Assembly (NCBI GenBank): GCA_965218435.1
Contig: CBDCKW010000005.1
Span: 384,001-448,000, forward strand
From: Truepera sp.
GTDB taxonomy: Bacteria > Deinococcota > Deinococci > Deinococcales > Trueperaceae
Direction of reading: 5' to 3'
Length of the DNA: 64,000 bases
The notes beneath the pieces are model-generated. The model did not search any database, was not told where the DNA came from, and saw only the letters and a program-made list of their open reading frames with translations. Below, piece by piece: positions 51,407 to 61,472 of this stretch (positions within the stretch are counted from its first letter, which is position 1; every line of letters begins with the position of its first letter). The position numbers and the translations under genes were made by a program.

Positions 51407-51805
51407 GGCTTGGAAACTACCGCCGACTCAGCAAAGACTACGAAACCCAGCCCACCTCGAGCGAAGCATTTATCTACTTAGCAAGTTGTGACCTTATCAC
51501 TAAGCGCCTTGCTAAAACCAACAACGCACCTTGGAGAAAACGGTGAGTCTATTCCCGAACACCCTCTAAGAGAAAGTGACCGACTTATGAGGAAAACTAC
51601 GCCGTATTCCAGCTACTGCTTTATCACCTCAGTTTCTGAACGTGCAAGGTAACCGTGCAGCTGTCTACGCCCCGACCCCGGCCCGTTACCGAACCCACCG
51701 AACGCAGCAACTTAGGCTGCTTTTGGGCCGAACTGCTGCAAAGTGTTGAGGCAGCTTAGTGTAAGTGGCGAAAAATCTCATTTAGCTAAAGAGTCACCTA
51801 AATAC

Positions 51806-51862
51806 TCAACCAGGTGGTTGACATAATGTTGTTCCTTTGCTAACCTTCAGCCAGATGGTTGA
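51806..51862 (+). promoter_or_regulatory. Promoter with two TetR operators
   Basis: TTGACA(51818)-17bp-TAACCT. TCARCCA-N2-TGGTTGA at 51806 and 51847. Confidence 0.8.
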
Positions 51863-51882
51863 AGTGCTGAGAAAGGAGTAAG

Positions 51883-52482
51883 ATGCCAACCCCTAAAACA
51901 CCTACACTTGCCAGCCGTGAAAGCCGTTCTCAGAGCATCGTCAGTGCAGCCTACAGCCTCATCGTTGAACGAGGCTTCGAGGGTTTCCGTATTCGTGAGG
52001 CCGCTGAACGCGCTGGGATTCACCACGCGACGTTGCTGCACTACTTCCCGACCAAAGTGGCGCTGATTCAAGGCGTGATTAAAGACATTGTCAGCCGCAT
52101 CGGCCGCGTGCCGAAGGGTGATCTCGGGGTGCTCCCGCCCCGTGACATCTTACATAACTACTTTGCGCACGTCCTCACGCAGATGAGGGACGTACCCGAG
52201 CAGTTCACCGTGCTTAACGAACTGCTTGCCAGAGCAGCGCGTGACGAAAAACTGCGTGAGGTCCTCGTAACTAACGATAAGAATTGGCAAGAGTTTCTCG
52301 TTTCCTTACTCGAGCTCGGCGTGGCAGAAGGTACGTTTAGACCCGACCTCGAGCCCCAAGCTGTTGCAACGCTCATCATGAGCACATTCAAAGGGTTTGG
52401 GTTTGGGCTGACGCTGACGCCGGAGCAGGCACAGCAGAGCGTGGCGCAGCTCGAGCGCTGGATCGTCGGGGAGAGTGCATAA
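51883..52482 (+). CDS. TetR family regulator
   Basis: AGIHHATLLHYFPTK HTH. Confidence 0.93.
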   Translation: MPTPKTPTLASRESRSQSIVSAAYSLIVERGFEGFRIREAAERAGIHHATLLHYFPTKVALIQGVIKDIVSRIGRVPKGDLGVLPPRDILHNYFAHVLTQMRDVPEQFTVLNELLARAARDEKLREVLVTNDKNWQEFLVSLLELGVAEGTFRPDLEPQAVATLIMSTFKGFGFGLTLTPEQAQQSVAQLERWIVGESA

Positions 52483-52584
52483 AGTCTGTCTTACGGAGGG
52501 AGCGACCATGAAGTGAACGATCTTATACCGTCAACTCAGCTCGTTTTTGACCTGTAAGTTCAACCTCTAAGAAAGGACGAACAC

Positions 52585-53211
52585 ATGAAACTTATCAATG
52601 CAGGACTAGGCCGTACCGGAACAACCTCGCTTAAGGGGGCGCTCGAGACACTCGGTTTCGCGCCGATCTATCACAGCATCGACTTCTTCGAGAGTCCTGA
52701 CGACCTGCATTTCTGGAAAGAGGCGCTGGAGGGCAAAGAGGTTGATTGGCAAGCTTTTTTTGCTCCGTATGAGGTTGCCGACTGGCCGGTTGCCCTGCGT
52801 TACCAAGACATCATCCGTGCTCACCCGGAGGCCAAGGTGATGCTCAGCGTACGCGACCCCGAAGCGTGGTTTGAAAGCATGAGCGGCACCTTAAATCAGA
52901 TGCTGAGTTTAGATTTACCCAATCCACAAGTCAGAAGGGTCAAAGCGTTTGTAGAAACACACATGATCGGCGGTCTCTTCGAGCGCAAGTCAAACGATCG
53001 AGCATCTATGATAGACGTTTTTGAGCGTCACACAGAGGCGGTCAAGGCGTTTGTCGGCGCTGAGTTGCTGGTTTACAACGTCAAAGAGGGTTGGGAACCG
53101 CTCTGCACCTTTTTAGAGGTGCCAGTTCCAGACGAACCCTTTCCGCGCCTTAACCAACGCGGCAGCCTTAGAGAGATGATTGTCGAGAAGTCTGGGGGTG
53201 CGCAGGAGTAG
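52585..53211 (+). CDS. Sulfotransferase-like P-loop protein
   Basis: AGLGRTGTTSLK.AL, RDPEAW.ES and GWEPLC.FL..FPR.N motifs. Confidence 0.88.
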   Translation: MKLINAGLGRTGTTSLKGALETLGFAPIYHSIDFFESPDDLHFWKEALEGKEVDWQAFFAPYEVADWPVALRYQDIIRAHPEAKVMLSVRDPEAWFESMSGTLNQMLSLDLPNPQVRRVKAFVETHMIGGLFERKSNDRASMIDVFERHTEAVKAFVGAELLVYNVKEGWEPLCTFLEVPVPDEPFPRLNQRGSLREMIVEKSGGAQE

Positions 53212-53222
53212 AGGAAAACGAC

Positions 53223-53712
53223 ATGACGCTGACGAAGATCGTCCAGTTTTTCTAGTTTGACGCTAACGGCACTTTCTACGGGTGTGTTTTACGGTACCAG
53301 GGTCAGTCTAGGTCTATCCAACAAAGATTTCTCGCCAAACACCTACACCGAGGTGCAGCAGGCGGGTCTGCGCAACGTCGCCCCGGTTATGACGCTGCTC
53401 TTGCCGGGGGCCGTCGCAACAAACTTGGCGGTGTTAGCCTTCTCAGCGTGGGAACACCGCTCGCCTACCTTTTTGCTCACTCTGAGTGAGTCTCTCTTAC
53501 GCCGCCTCGCTTGCCCTCGTGGGTTTCCTCGAACTGCCTATCAACATCCAGATGCTGTAAGCTAGTCACCGGAAAATCCTCCGGTGGATTGGGAGACTTT
53601 GAGAGACCGCTGGGGCGCGGTCCATACGGTAAGGACGGCGATCTCGGTGATCGGGTTTAGCTTTCTGGCGGCGGCAGCTCTGCTACCCTCGGCGCGTCCC
53701 AGCGGTGACTAG
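53223..53712 (+). pseudogene. DUF1772-like membrane protein, multiply frameshifted
   Basis: Hydrophobic segments, ELPIN..PP.DW..LRDRW..H.VRT. Confidence 0.65.
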
Positions 53713-54032
53713 GTCGTCAAGCTACTCGGTCTATCTTCCTGACCGGGTTCAAGCTGTAGCCGAGATGGTGAGATTTAGACCAGCCTATTGGAGCGGAAAA
53801 CTCATCAGCAATGTGTACTAGATTGGGTAAACGTAAAACCGACAGGCAGCTTTTACCTTATACCTAAAGATGTTACGCATGTGATGAGCGCAAACTCGCC
53901 GTTGTATCTCATAACCTACTCACCACCAACAATCCTGATTCAGTGTAAAAAAGCTACGGCCTCTAGCGATAATTTTGGACTTCGGCAACAGTATAGCCCA
54001 GCACGCTGCTTATGCCGAGCGTAGTAGCGAGT

Positions 54033-54140
54033 GCCTAACGCGATAGGTGAACCGCTTATCATCAGCACTAACGCACCCTTCCTGTACACAGCGGCCACGT
54101 ACGCCGGAACCCAGTTCACACTTCGCCTCAGCAGTTACCT
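54033..54140. other. Degenerate attC-like site
   Basis: GCCTAAC-N5-AGGTGAA...TTCGCCT-N5-GTTACCT. One core site is non-consensus. Confidence 0.35.
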
Positions 54141-54216
54141 CGCTACATAAACAATGCCAGTTTCCGCCATTAGCACTTGGCCCACGGCGGCTAGGGCCGG
54201 AACGTCGCAGAGGCGC

Positions 54217-55374
54217 TTACGCTACTGCTCCCGGAAGAGCGTCGATGTCGATGTTAAGCCCGGCCGCCCGAAGCCGTACCACCAGAGCCTCGCCTATCCC
54301 GATGCTTGGCGTTAGTACGCCGAATTCGTCCGGTAGCGCCGCGTCGTTGGAGACGAGCGTCAGGGCACACTCGCACGCGCACAGGATGGTGATGCGGTTG
54401 CCTGGGTCGCCTACGCCGCGCACCCGCACACCCAGCCGCTGTCCATCCGCCGACGTGCCAATCACATGGAGATCGTAGCTAGCGCGATCAGAGCTTCCCC
54501 CCGGCTTTTCGCTGAGACGGGACAGCCGGCCGAGCAGTGCCCGCGTCGGACGCCATCGCAACGCTGCCCGAAGACTTCCGAGCGCAGCCCACGTCGTCGC
54601 GGCGCGTGCGGCATCGTCGAAGGCAAGATACTCTTGGAATACGGTGTCGCGCCCGGCCAGCACTGCGCTCCAGCGCACCGCCCGGGTATCGGATACGCCG
54701 AGCGGAGAGAACACGGTCCAAGCGTCCATGTCACGGTCGTAGCGGACGCCGCGCGGATCGCGCTCTACCGGTTCTGGCGATCTGTTATTGGGACCGAGCA
54801 AGAAGGGATTGGTCTCGCGCTTGGCGTCTCCCGAAGTGACAGCCTCGCCGATGCTTGCGATAGTGCCCGAGCCGAAGCTTCCGCCCTGCAGGCGCAGTGC
54901 CGCTTTGATTGTCGACCGACCCGCGCCAAGCTTGGCCAAGAGCAGGTAGACGGCCATATCGGCTGGTACGGAACTCGCGCCGCAGAACGGCACGATGCGC
55001 AGCCGCTGCTCCGCTGCTTGCCGGTGGTGGCGGTCAATCAGGTCGCGGATGCGGGCCGTCTCGCCGCTAATATCGCAATAATGGGTACCCTGACGTATAC
55101 ATCCATCGACCACCGGATCACCATATCGTCGAAACGGCCCAGCCATGTTGAGGACGAAACGGGTCCGTGCAACTAGTTCGTCAATCTGCCTCGCGTCCTG
55201 CGAGTCCGCGACGAGTGCAGGCACCTTCAGGCCTAATGCGTCCAACCGCGATTGGTTACGCCCTGCTACTGCCCAGCGCAGTCCGTTTAGCTTGCAGCCG
55301 TCAAGGTACTTGGCCGCCTGCCTGCCGGTAGCGCCCGTCGCGCCGTAGAGGACAAGATCGAATTCTCTGCTCAT
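54217..55374 (-). CDS. Saccharopine dehydrogenase-like oxidoreductase
   Basis: YGATGATG, AGRN, GPF..YG and HYCDISGE motifs. Confidence 0.9.
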   Translation of the reverse strand: MSREFDLVLYGATGATGRQAAKYLDGCKLNGLRWAVAGRNQSRLDALGLKVPALVADSQDARQIDELVARTRFVLNMAGPFRRYGDPVVDGCIRQGTHYCDISGETARIRDLIDRHHRQAAEQRLRIVPFCGASSVPADMAVYLLLAKLGAGRSTIKAALRLQGGSFGSGTIASIGEAVTSGDAKRETNPFLLGPNNRSPEPVERDPRGVRYDRDMDAWTVFSPLGVSDTRAVRWSAVLAGRDTVFQEYLAFDDAARAATTWAALGSLRAALRWRPTRALLGRLSRLSEKPGGSSDRASYDLHVIGTSADGQRLGVRVRGVGDPGNRITILCACECALTLVSNDAALPDEFGVLTPSIGIGEALVVRLRAAGLNIDIDALPGAVA

Positions 55375-55627
55375 GCTGGCGTCCTATCCGGCGCATTTAA
55401 GCGGCACCGCTCTCTTATCCACTTCGCCTAATCCGACGGAACGACGGAAATGTAGTAGTGGTCCGCAGCATAACCGTTTAGGATGGTTGTGCCTCCGTTT
55501 AGTCATTACCGCCGCAGCGTATACCAGCATTATACAAATGAACGGCACCCTTCCTTGTCTGAACCCTGTCGGAAGTTGCGAGTTTCAATTCCTCATAGGA
55601 AAGCTAAGGCAATAACATACTTGAGAC

Positions 55628-55712
55628 ACCTAACCTAGAGAAATTCCCTCCCTCATGAGTCGTTGTAGCGCGCCGTGGGTGTCAAGCAAGCGGTTTAATT
55701 CGGGCGTTAGAC
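55628..55712 (+). other. attC-like site (good 3' half, weak 5' half)
   Basis: ACCTAAC...CGGTTTAATTCGGGCGTTAGAC, ending 11 nt before the VOC start codon. Confidence 0.55.
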
Positions 55713-55723
55713 GCCAAGGAGAC

Positions 55724-56179
55724 ATGATGACGGTCAAGCGTATGGACAACGTCGGTATCGTGGTAGAGGACATCGACGCCGTCAGCGAGTTCTTCACCGA
55801 GCTCGGCCTCGAGCTCGAGGGGCGAGACATGGTCGAAGGAGAATGGGCTAGGCGCGTCACTGGACTGAGCCCACAGCGCGTCGAGATCGCCATGATGCGT
55901 ACGCCGGACGGTCACAGCCGGCTCGAGCTGTCCCGCTTCCTCGCGCCGCCGGTGGTCGCCGATCACCGCAGTGCCCCGGTGAACGCTCTTGGTTACCTAT
56001 GGGTCATGTTCACCGTAGAGGATATCGACGATACGCTCGCCCGGCTTGGTAAGCGGGGCGCGGAGCTCGTCGGCGAAGTGGTCCAGTACGGAGACGTGTA
56101 TCGGCTCTGCTACATCCGGGGTCCCGAAGGGATTCTCATCGGGCTCGCTCAAGAACTCGGGCAGCAGACTTCCCAATGA
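55724..56179 (+). CDS. VOC/glyoxalase family protein, probable integron gene cassette
   Basis: RMDNVGIVV, TPDGH.RLEL and YIRGPEGI motifs. Confidence 0.93.
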   Translation: MMTVKRMDNVGIVVEDIDAVSEFFTELGLELEGRDMVEGEWARRVTGLSPQRVEIAMMRTPDGHSRLELSRFLAPPVVADHRSAPVNALGYLWVMFTVEDIDDTLARLGKRGAELVGEVVQYGDVYRLCYIRGPEGILIGLAQELGQQTSQ

Positions 56180-56244
56180 GTACATGCGACACGTACTGAC
56201 CTGGTAGGGGTGCGCACTCGCGGTGGCTAGTTGCCGTTTGGGGC

Positions 56245-56312
56245 GTCTAAAAAACCGCTCAGGCCCTCCTCCAGCCTTCAGCCTCCGGGGCGGCTTAGCT
56301 CAACCGTTATGC
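56245..56312 (+). other. Integron attC site with mutated inverse core
   Basis: GTCTAA(A), GCTCAGGCC pairing with GGCTTAGC with one extra base, ending GTTATGC. 68 bp. Confidence 0.7.
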
Positions 56313-56359
56313 GTGAAACGAGCGCAACGACGGCAACGCATCCACCTCCCACCTTTTTT

Positions 56360-56791
56360 CTAATGCGTTTCATCGCCTCTTGCATTTGCGAGCGCCAGCC
56401 CCAACTGCAACCCCGGTACCCGCTCGAAGTGGCGGATGTTTCCGGTTACTAAAATAAGCCCGTAGTGTAGTGCAGTCGCCGCAATCTGCAAATCGGCATC
56501 GGCCAAGCGCCGACCTTCTTTTTCTAAGCGGGCACTAAGCTCACCAAAAACGTGAGCGACGTTCGTATCGAATGGCAAAATGGACACAGCAGGTAACACG
56601 CGCTCACGAATGTTTTTAAGATGCCGCTCACGCGCCTGTGAGCGGTAGGCACCTTTGAAAAGTTCGCCTAGCGATATTGCACTCGTGAACTGGTTTTCAC
56701 GTGTGATAGTACTCAGCCATTCGATGTACGCTGGCGCAGGCTGAGGTCGTAAAACTTCTGAGATAGCGTCGGTGTCGAACAGGTAAGCCAT
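56360..56791 (-). CDS. vapC: VapC PIN-domain toxin
   Basis: YLFDTDAISE, ADLQIAATA and VTGN.RHF motifs. Confidence 0.93.
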   Translation of the reverse strand: MAYLFDTDAISEVLRPQPAPAYIEWLSTITRENQFTSAISLGELFKGAYRSQARERHLKNIRERVLPAVSILPFDTNVAHVFGELSARLEKEGRRLADADLQIAATALHYGLILVTGNIRHFERVPGLQLGLALANARGDETH

Positions 56792-57069
56792 TATTCGAGA
56801 TCAAGAAGGGCGCGTCCATAGGTGCGTGTGTGCAACTGGGTGTTGCGTACCAGTTCCTCAGAACTTTCCCAACCTCCAGCAAGTCCAGCTAAGCCAGCAT
56901 TAGCACCTGCTGCACGTAACCGCTTAAGTTGCTCGAGATCCTCATTGCTTACGAGTGCGGCGACGGGCTTGCCGCGGCGCGTGATCACGACGGCTTCACC
57001 GTATTCAGCGTGACGTAGCCAGCTAGAAAGCTGCTTTTTAGCCTCTGCGACCGTGACCTCTTTACTCAT
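56791..57069 (-). CDS. Phd/YefM-family antitoxin
   Basis: VTVAEAK..LS..GE.V.ITRRGKPVA. Confidence 0.92.
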   Translation of the reverse strand: MSKEVTVAEAKKQLSSWLRHAEYGEAVVITRRGKPVAALVSNEDLEQLKRLRAAGANAGLAGLAGGWESSEELVRNTQLHTRTYGRALLDLE

Positions 57070-57082
57070 GACACGTCCTCCT

Positions 57083-57112
57083 AGATAGTCATTATAGTCT
57101 AAATAACTATCT
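57083..57112 (-). promoter_or_regulatory. TA operator inverted repeat around the -10 box
   Basis: AGATAGTCATT and AATAACTATCT flanking TATAAT (57091-57096, minus strand). Confidence 0.7.
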
Positions 57113-57534
57113 GAGAACGGGTCTCGAGCATGATAGCTTGGCTGGCACTTATGCGTGCATTGGGCCGTACAAATACGCAAAGAAATTTTCTTAATGGTAA
57201 AGGTGACGACAGTAAGCCCTATTGATCCAAACTGCCTGATCGTATGACCCACGAGTGAGCACCTTACGTCGTAGTGAAACCTCGCCACCTGTAGGCCGAC
57301 CCTTCTTCATGCTGCTGGCCTTCGGCACCTTCGGCCTGATGTACGGCGTCTGGCAGGTGTTACTCGCCGACCTCCGGGTCGCCTGCGAGCTTTCGCCCGG
57401 GGCTTTAGGGGCGGCGCTCACCGACGGTTTCGTCGGGTCGCTCCCGGCGATGCTCCTCGCGGGCCGTTTGGCCGACCGTTTCGGGGCGCAGACCCTGATC
57501 GCCGTCACCGGCTTGGCGATGGCCGGGGCTACTA

Positions 57535-58625
57535 AGTACACCCAACCTAAAGAAGTAGGCTAAAGGCGAATAATAAAGAATGGCAAAGCGAGGACGAAGG
57601 TTTATCGAGTTGAGCCAAGCAGAGAACGAGAAGTTAAGAGCCTTGGAGCAGAACGCGCATATAAATGCCAAGGTGCGTCTGCGCGCCCAGATTCTGAGAC
57701 TATCAAATCAGAGAATGAGCCTGGAGCAGATTTCAGAGCATGTAGCGAGGAACTACGAAACCTTGAGAAGGACGTTTAACCGCTGGGAAAAAGAAGGTTA
57801 CGCAGGTTTAGCCGATCACTACGAAGCACACGGACAAAAGCCTGTAATCACCGACGCCATCACAAGCTTTATGGAGACGAAGTTGGTAGAACAGAGAACT
57901 TGGACGTGTGAGCAACTTTCAGCGGCTATCGCTGAAGGCTACGGCGTCAAGGTAGGCGCTGAAGGCATCTGCAAACGACTTAAAGCTATGGGCTACAGCT
58001 GGAAAAAGGGACGCTTCGTCCCTGCCAAGCGTCCTGGCGAGGACGACCTCAAGCACCATAAAGCAGCATTGGACACGTTAAAAAAGGGGCGCTGGAGCAA
58101 AGATTGAAACTGCTTTATCTCGATCAGGTAGGTTTTAGCTTAGCCCTTAAGCCGATCAAAACCTGGACGCCTAAAGGTTCAGAGATTCAGTTCGAGATTC
58201 CTTCACGGCAGGGCTCGGTAGGTCGGCTCAATCTCATCGGGGCGCTGGACTTCGCCGCTAACAAGCTCGGTTACCGTGATCTGGCAGGGAGCTGTGACGC
58301 AGAGAAGTGTGAGGCGTTTCTCGACAGCCTCGCGCAGCAAGCCAATCCCGGAGGTTTAACGGTCGTTGTTTTAGATAACGCTCGCTTCCACAAAGCTCAA
58401 AACATCAAGGCCAAAGAATCTCTCTGGCAAGCCAAAGGCTTATTCCTTCGTTACCTTCCCCCTTACTCCCCGCAACTCAATCCTATCGAAGCACTGTGGC
58501 GTGTTCTCAAGAGCTTTCTCCTACCTAGACGCTTATATGCTTCCCTTAAAGACCTCAAGGATGCCGTCTTCGCCGCGCTTTCTCTCTTGAATGCTGTTAT
58601 CCTATGGTTTTAGGTTGGGTGTACT
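57535..58625 (+). mobile_element. IS630-family element, apparently intact
   Basis: Perfect 17-bp IRs AGTACACCCAACCTAAA, TA duplication at 57533 and 58626. Confidence 0.95.
57580..58613 (+). CDS. IS630 transposase (programmed -1 frameshift)
   Basis: A7G4 slip site near 58080, DQ, DNARFH and YSPQLNPIE motifs. Confidence 0.9.
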
Positions 58626-59101
58626 TAGTTGGCGTCGCCCTGACGGGCAGCTACGGCCTCCTCGTGCTCCTGCTGATCTTCTACGGAGCGGCGCCTACGA
58701 CGTGGGCATCAACGCTGCCTCGATCGCCCTCGAGCAGCGGTCGGGGCGTAAGCTCATCGCCTACTGCCACGCCGCCTTCAGCAGGTTCGTTGCCCTAGGT
58801 GCGTTGGTCACGGGTCTGCTCCTAGTGGCGGGTGTGCCCTTGAAGCTGCTTTACGTCGTCGCGGCGCTTGTTTACGTCGGCTTCATCGCCGCGATGTTGA
58901 CGACCAGGGCGCTACCGCATGAGGCAGACACCGAAGGTCACGCTGCTCCTGCTGGCGGTTATCGTCGCGCTGGCGTTCATCTTGGAGAGTGCTTTAGAGG
59001 TTTCCCCAACGCAACTCGGCAGGGGCACGAGGCGCACCTTAGAGGCCACGTATCGTGGCCATTCGGGGAACCACCCGGCACTCGGCACCGCCGGGTGACT
59101 A

Positions 59102-59825
59102 GAAGTCATCTCAAAAACAGCAGGTAGGGCAAACCGGGTATAGAACGGGCGGATGGAACTGACCGATCAGCAGTGGACGGTGCTTGGGCCTTTGATTCCG
59201 CAAGCACCGCGGCGAGAAGACGGTAGAGGTGTCATAGGCGCTTTCAAGAATGAGCTAGCGGCGGGGTCCTAAAAGACGTGCTCAAGACGTTAGCCCAAGA
59301 CATGGAGGCACGCGGCGAACTCGACCTCTCGGAGTGCTTTATCGACGGGACGTTTGTGACCGCGAAAACGGGGGGTCGGACGTCGGTAAGACTAAGCGGG
59401 GCAAGGGTAGCAAGATCATGGCAATTGCAGACGCTGCTGGTGTTTGCCTCGCCCTCCACCTTACGTCTGCTTCGCCGCATGAGGTCACGCTGGTACACGA
59501 GACTCTCGCATCTCGACACGTCAGCGGCAAGCCCGCAAAACTTATCGGCGACAAAGCGTATGACAGCGACCCGTTAGACGCCGAGTTGGCTGAACAAGAC
59601 ATCGACATGATCGCCCCACACCGCGCAAACTGCAAAAAACCCAAGACCCAAGACGGTCGAAGACTTAGACGGTACAAACGGCGTTGGAAGATCGAACGAC
59701 TGTTCGCCCACCTCGGCAACTTCCGCCGCTTGGTCGTCCGCTACGAACGCCTCGCCGACAACTTCCTCGGTTTCCTCCGGCTCGGCTGCATCAAATTCCT
59801 GCTTAAGCATTTTTGAGATGGCTTC
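59102..59825 (+). mobile_element. IS5-family (IS427-like) element with internal deletion
   Basis: IRs GAAGTCATCTCAAAA and TTTTGAGATGGCTTC. orfA jumps from DGRG to CHRRFQ. Confidence 0.88.
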
Positions 59826-59886
59826 GAAGTAAGTTACCTTCCCTGTGCCACGAGCCTGAACACATCTACCTTGTCCGGTCGGTTTT

Positions 59887-59941
59887 CTTGACGCAGGTTA
59901 GTGCCCTGGGCGCTAGGTCTAGTGACCCTAAGGCACTTGAC
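59887..59941 (-). repeat. Double-hairpin element C flanked by CTTGAC direct repeats
   Basis: Shares TTAGGGTCACTAGACC with insertion A. 43 bp between 6-bp direct repeats. Confidence 0.7.
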
Positions 59942-59984
59942 AAACCGAAACTGCTCATGGAGACCGGGCTTTGCCCGTTCTGAA

Positions 59985-60136
59985 CCGAGCACACCCGCTA
60001 CTATGAGCCTGCCAACTTCGCCGTTGATCTCCTTGCGGGCCTCGTCGCCTACACCCTTTCAGCTAAGAAGCTGGCTTTTCATCCACCTGCCGATCTACCT
60101 CGGCTTCCACAGCCGATTTACGCTTCGAACTCAGGT
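59985..60136 (+). mobile_element. IS982-family 3' remnant
   Basis: EHTR...NFAVDLLAGLVAY..KK, ending CGAACTCAGGT. Confidence 0.55.
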
Positions 60137-60195
60137 AGGTCTAGGTCCACCCTTCGATTCGGCATCGTATGCTCGGTAAGCGGATGAGGAGGCGT

Positions 60196-61116
60196 ATGCT
60201 CGAGATTGATCAGATACCACTAGGGACGCTCGTACGCGACCTTGTGCAAACCGTCACCGATCCCGTAAGCCAGGTTCCGCGGATCGTAGTGAAGGGTAAG
60301 AGGCAGGGTCCGGTGTTGCTCGTCACGGCCGGAGTTCACGGCGCTGAATACGCGTCCATCGAAGCCGCCAATCGCCTTGCCCAGATCGACCCCCTGATCT
60401 TGTCAGGGACGTTGGTGGTGCTACCGGTCGTGAACCAACCAAGTTTCGCCGCGCGCTCGATTTACCTCAACCCGCTCGACGGGAAAAACCTCAACCGTGT
60501 GTTTCCCGGGTTGGTTGATGGGACCTTTGCCGACCAACTAGCTTACTGGTTGACGCATACCCTAATCGCCCACGCTGACGCCTATATCGACCTGCACGGC
60601 GGCGACCTGAACGAGGTGCTGACGCCCTTCGTAATCTACGCGCCGGGTGATTCGCAGGCCGAGCGGTACGCCCACGCCTTCGGCCTACCGAACGTCATCG
60701 CCTCGGCCATCGGCGGTAGTTCTTACGCCGCGGGTACCGCGTTGGGCGTACCTTCTATCGTCGCCGAAGCCGGGGGACAAGGGCAATTCCTTGAGAATGA
60801 CGTCTCGGTTTTGGTGGATGGCGTCCAGCGGGTTATGCAGGTGCTGGGAATGCTGCCCGGTGAAGAAGTACCAGTCCAGACGACGACCTACTCGGCGTTC
60901 GTTTGGCTGCGTTCGCGCCATGCCGGCTTTTGGTACCTGGAAGTCGATCCGGGTGACACGGTGGTAGTCGGCCAGCGTCTAGGTTTCATCAAGGACTTCC
61001 GCGGCGAGGTTGTTCAAGAAGCCACCTCCGAAGTGGCCGGAAAGGTTGTTTTCGCGGTTACGAGTCTGGCGATCAATACAGACGATCCTTTGGTGGCGGT
61101 CGGCTGCCGAACCTAG
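60196..61116 (+). CDS. Succinylglutamate desuccinylase/aspartoacylase family (M14)
   Basis: GVHGAEY, NLNRVFPG, IDLHGG and EAGG motifs. Confidence 0.92.
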   Translation: MLEIDQIPLGTLVRDLVQTVTDPVSQVPRIVVKGKRQGPVLLVTAGVHGAEYASIEAANRLAQIDPLILSGTLVVLPVVNQPSFAARSIYLNPLDGKNLNRVFPGLVDGTFADQLAYWLTHTLIAHADAYIDLHGGDLNEVLTPFVIYAPGDSQAERYAHAFGLPNVIASAIGGSSYAAGTALGVPSIVAEAGGQGQFLENDVSVLVDGVQRVMQVLGMLPGEEVPVQTTTYSAFVWLRSRHAGFWYLEVDPGDTVVVGQRLGFIKDFRGEVVQEATSEVAGKVVFAVTSLAINTDDPLVAVGCRT

Positions 61117-61472
61117 GCGGGGTCACGCAGAAACCGCTACCGAGCAGAGCTAACGTGGCTGAGCTTTAAGTCGGCGGCTGAACCTTGACGCCTCACCCTG
61201 AAGGCGGTTCGCGGGCACCACTTTGTGTATCTCGTGCAATATCATCTGTCGGCGTAGGCGGGTTTGAATCAGTGAACGGGCGCTGGGCTGTGAGTTCTAA
61301 CGAACATACACTGAAGTGTTGCCGCAGCGGTCAGCCTGCCTCATCTCCCCCAGCAGGCTGTTCAGGCGGTCTTCTGCGCTGAGGGTCTGACCGGTGGTGG
61401 GGTTTGCCGTGACCGCCGCGAAACTGTCGATGACGATCTGCCCGTGTTTACTCCCGACAAGTGACGACAGAG

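Larger units (their letters stand above)
49387..51565 (+). mobile_element. IS5-family (IS1031-like) element, degraded, carrying nested insertions
   Basis: IRs AGGGTGTTTGGGAA and TTCCCGAACACCCT, GCTWGDLPGDFP, DSQSVK and RWVVERTFA motifs. Confidence 0.88.
57255..59040 (+). pseudogene. MFS transporter interrupted by IS630 and truncated
   Basis: AGRLADRFG motif A. Sequence resumes after the IS with YDVGINAA..HAAFS. Confidence 0.8.
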
